Positions 35,122 through 36,302 of a DNA stretch of 36,302 nt are shown here, one piece after another. Every line of letters begins with the position of its first letter. The stretch's first letter is position 1. The DNA lies in the NCBI GenBank assembly GCA_041170505.1, contig JBEAYS010000015.1, positions 1 through 36,302 on the forward strand, in the 5' to 3' direction. The notes under the pieces were generated by a model that made no database searches, was not told the origin of the DNA, and saw only the letters and a list, made by a program, of their open reading frames with translations. The stretch is from Cyanobacteriota bacterium (GTDB taxonomy: Bacteria; Cyanobacteriota; Vampirovibrionia; LMEP-6097). A program made the position numbers and the translations under genes.

Positions 35122-36043
35122 GATTATATTTATCTATCTTAGCCCGGCAGATATCATTATAAATTTTTTGAAGTTTAATGGTGATATTTCCTGGTCTAGT
35201 ATTACTCAGCTCGTAATTATCAATAGAACCAATTGGCACTATCTGCGCGCCCGTACCGCAGAAAAACGCTTCATCAGCGATATAAAGCTCACTTCTATCA
35301 ATAGCTCGAACCTCAGTCTCTAAGCCTAATTCAGCGCGAGCGATCTCAATAATAAATTTACGAGTGATGCCCTCTAAAATATTTTCGGTGATACCAGAAG
35401 TGATTAATTTACCATCTCTAATAATAAAAAGATTCATTGCCGAACCCTCAGCTACATGCCCTTCTTCTGTCAAAAATATCGAGTCATCATATCCAGCCAA
35501 AACCGCATTAGCCTTACTAAGAGCGGTATTGACGTAGCTACCATTGATTTTTCCGCGTGCTGGAATAGCATTATCAGAAAGTCTGCGCCAGCTTGAAACC
35601 TGCACGCTGATTCCTTTTGAAGTATTGAGGTAATCACCTAAATCAATAGAAGTAATAGTAAAACAATCTTCTTCATCAGCAGATCCAATCACGCAAGGAC
35701 CAATGCGCAAGCAGGATTTAAACCAGCTCGGTCTTATATAGGCATCACATTTAGGCTGATTCAGTTTTAGTAACTGCACCACTTTTTCTGTCATTTGATC
35801 GACATTGTAATAAGGCTTTAGCCTAAGAATTTTACAGCTTTTTAGCAGTCTTTCTAGGTGCTCGCGAACGTGAAGCGCGTAGAGTTTTTGTTTTTCGGGA
35901 TTCCAGTAGGCTCTTATGGCCTCAAAAACCGCCGTGCCATACATAAAACCATGAGACATAACGCTAATTTTTGCGTCTTGAAAATCTACAAAATCCTTAC
36001 CAAGAAATGCTTTTTTATGAATACTTATAGGAATTACTGCCAT
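35096..36043 (-). CDS. ilvE: Branched-chain amino acid aminotransferase (fold type IV)
   Basis: Motifs HGFMYGTAVFEAIRAY, GSYVNTALSK, EGSAMNLFIIRDGKLIT and GITR are present. Confidence 0.9.
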   Translation of the reverse strand: MAVIPISIHKKAFLGKDFVDFQDAKISVMSHGFMYGTAVFEAIRAYWNPEKQKLYALHVREHLERLLKSCKILRLKPYYNVDQMTEKVVQLLKLNQPKCDAYIRPSWFKSCLRIGPCVIGSADEEDCFTITSIDLGDYLNTSKGISVQVSSWRRLSDNAIPARGKINGSYVNTALSKANAVLAGYDDSIFLTEEGHVAEGSAMNLFIIRDGKLITSGITENILEGITRKFIIEIARAELGLETEVRAIDRSELYIADEAFFCGTGAQIVPIGSIDNYELSNTRPGNITIKLQKIYNDICRAKIDKYNHVLTEINY

Positions 36044-36127
36044 TAATTGGTAAGTATATCACAATCTAGGGAATTACTGAAAAGATAAATATTCAGCTGA
36101 TAGATATTTTAGATAAGAGAGGTGCTA

Positions 36128-36302
36128 AGATAATAAATGATGGATAGAAGAAAATTCTTAAAATTGACTAGTTTGAGTTTCTTACCAGCTATGAGTCGCA
36201 TTGCAAATGCAACTAAGCCTAAACTCCAAGCAAACCCTAAACAAAATATCCTTAAGCTTACTTATATGCCACCTTGCGGTGAAACACCGGGCAGTATATT
36301 AG
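36128..36302 (+). CDS. 5' part of a gene for a Tat-exported protein (runs off the window)
   Basis: MMDRRKFLKLTSLSFLPAMSRIANA is a twin-arginine signal motif (RRxFLK) with an AxA-like cleavage site. The frame is open to the window end. Confidence 0.5.

Noticed and set aside
4426-35323. Other short ORFs in the six-frame track: 4426-4617, 5972-6190, 6680-6907, 8183-8437, 9131-9334, 9947-10129, 10681-10881, 15231-15437, 17175-17366, 17686-17919, 21410-21592, 27058-27315, 27487-27801, 28011-28202, 28864-29055, 29760-29972, 31901-32083, 33378-33623, 34325-34579, 35120-35323, and also 35858-36046.
   Set aside because: Each is embedded in, or largely overlaps, a longer ORF with recognisable homology motifs. 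They were treated as frame or antisense shadows.
1-36302. Searched by eye for rRNA, tRNA cloverleaf-like segments, CRISPR-style regularly spaced repeats and long tandem repeats.
   Set aside because: None found. The intergenic regions are short and AT-rich, and the only repeated non-coding sequence is the two-copy 134-bp element. A tRNAscan, cmscan or CRISPR finder run would be needed for certainty.

Overview
This 36.3-kb window is chromosomal and comes from a low-GC genome (roughly one-third GC, judged by eye). kdsA, an O-antigen-ligase-like gene and an RlpA-like gene point to a diderm, and fliD points to a flagellated one. A cyanobacterial-style ferredoxin weakly hints at a Melainabacteria-like lineage, but no exact taxon can be assigned. 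Most of the window is tightly packed housekeeping: hisB, tmk, rplI, panC, alr, uppS, tatD, kdsA, ilvE, a glcD-like oxidase, a ferredoxin, SDRs and an MFS transporter. There is also an envelope locus (a duplicated DUF2341/LamG/Ig protein, a Wzy_C-TPR fusion and a TPR protein) and a small flagellar cluster (fliD plus two small accessory ORFs). The best candidate for an undescribed system lies at about 11.55-13.6 kb. An 88-aa peptide with a Sec signal and an acidic tail carrying two CGE motifs is followed by a hairpin/T-run. Next come a DUF692/MNIO enzyme gene and a translationally coupled DUF2063-like partner gene. This is the bufferin/methanobactin-type RiPP logic, but the precursor looks non-canonical, there is no DoxX gene, and a 551-aa orphan ORF sits immediately downstream. 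Other notable items: (1) a ~134-bp palindromic MITE/REP-like element in two same-orientation copies (4163-4296 and 22922-23055), one abutting a gene's stop codon; (2) a ~930-aa orphan protein whose frame stays open for 160 more codons upstream with no ATG/GTG/TTG but has a strong SD plus ATA; (3) a left-edge island with a transposase fragment and a GC-rich XRE-type HTH gene. I saw no rRNA, tRNA or CRISPR array. All homology calls rest on motif recognition by eye, not on searches.
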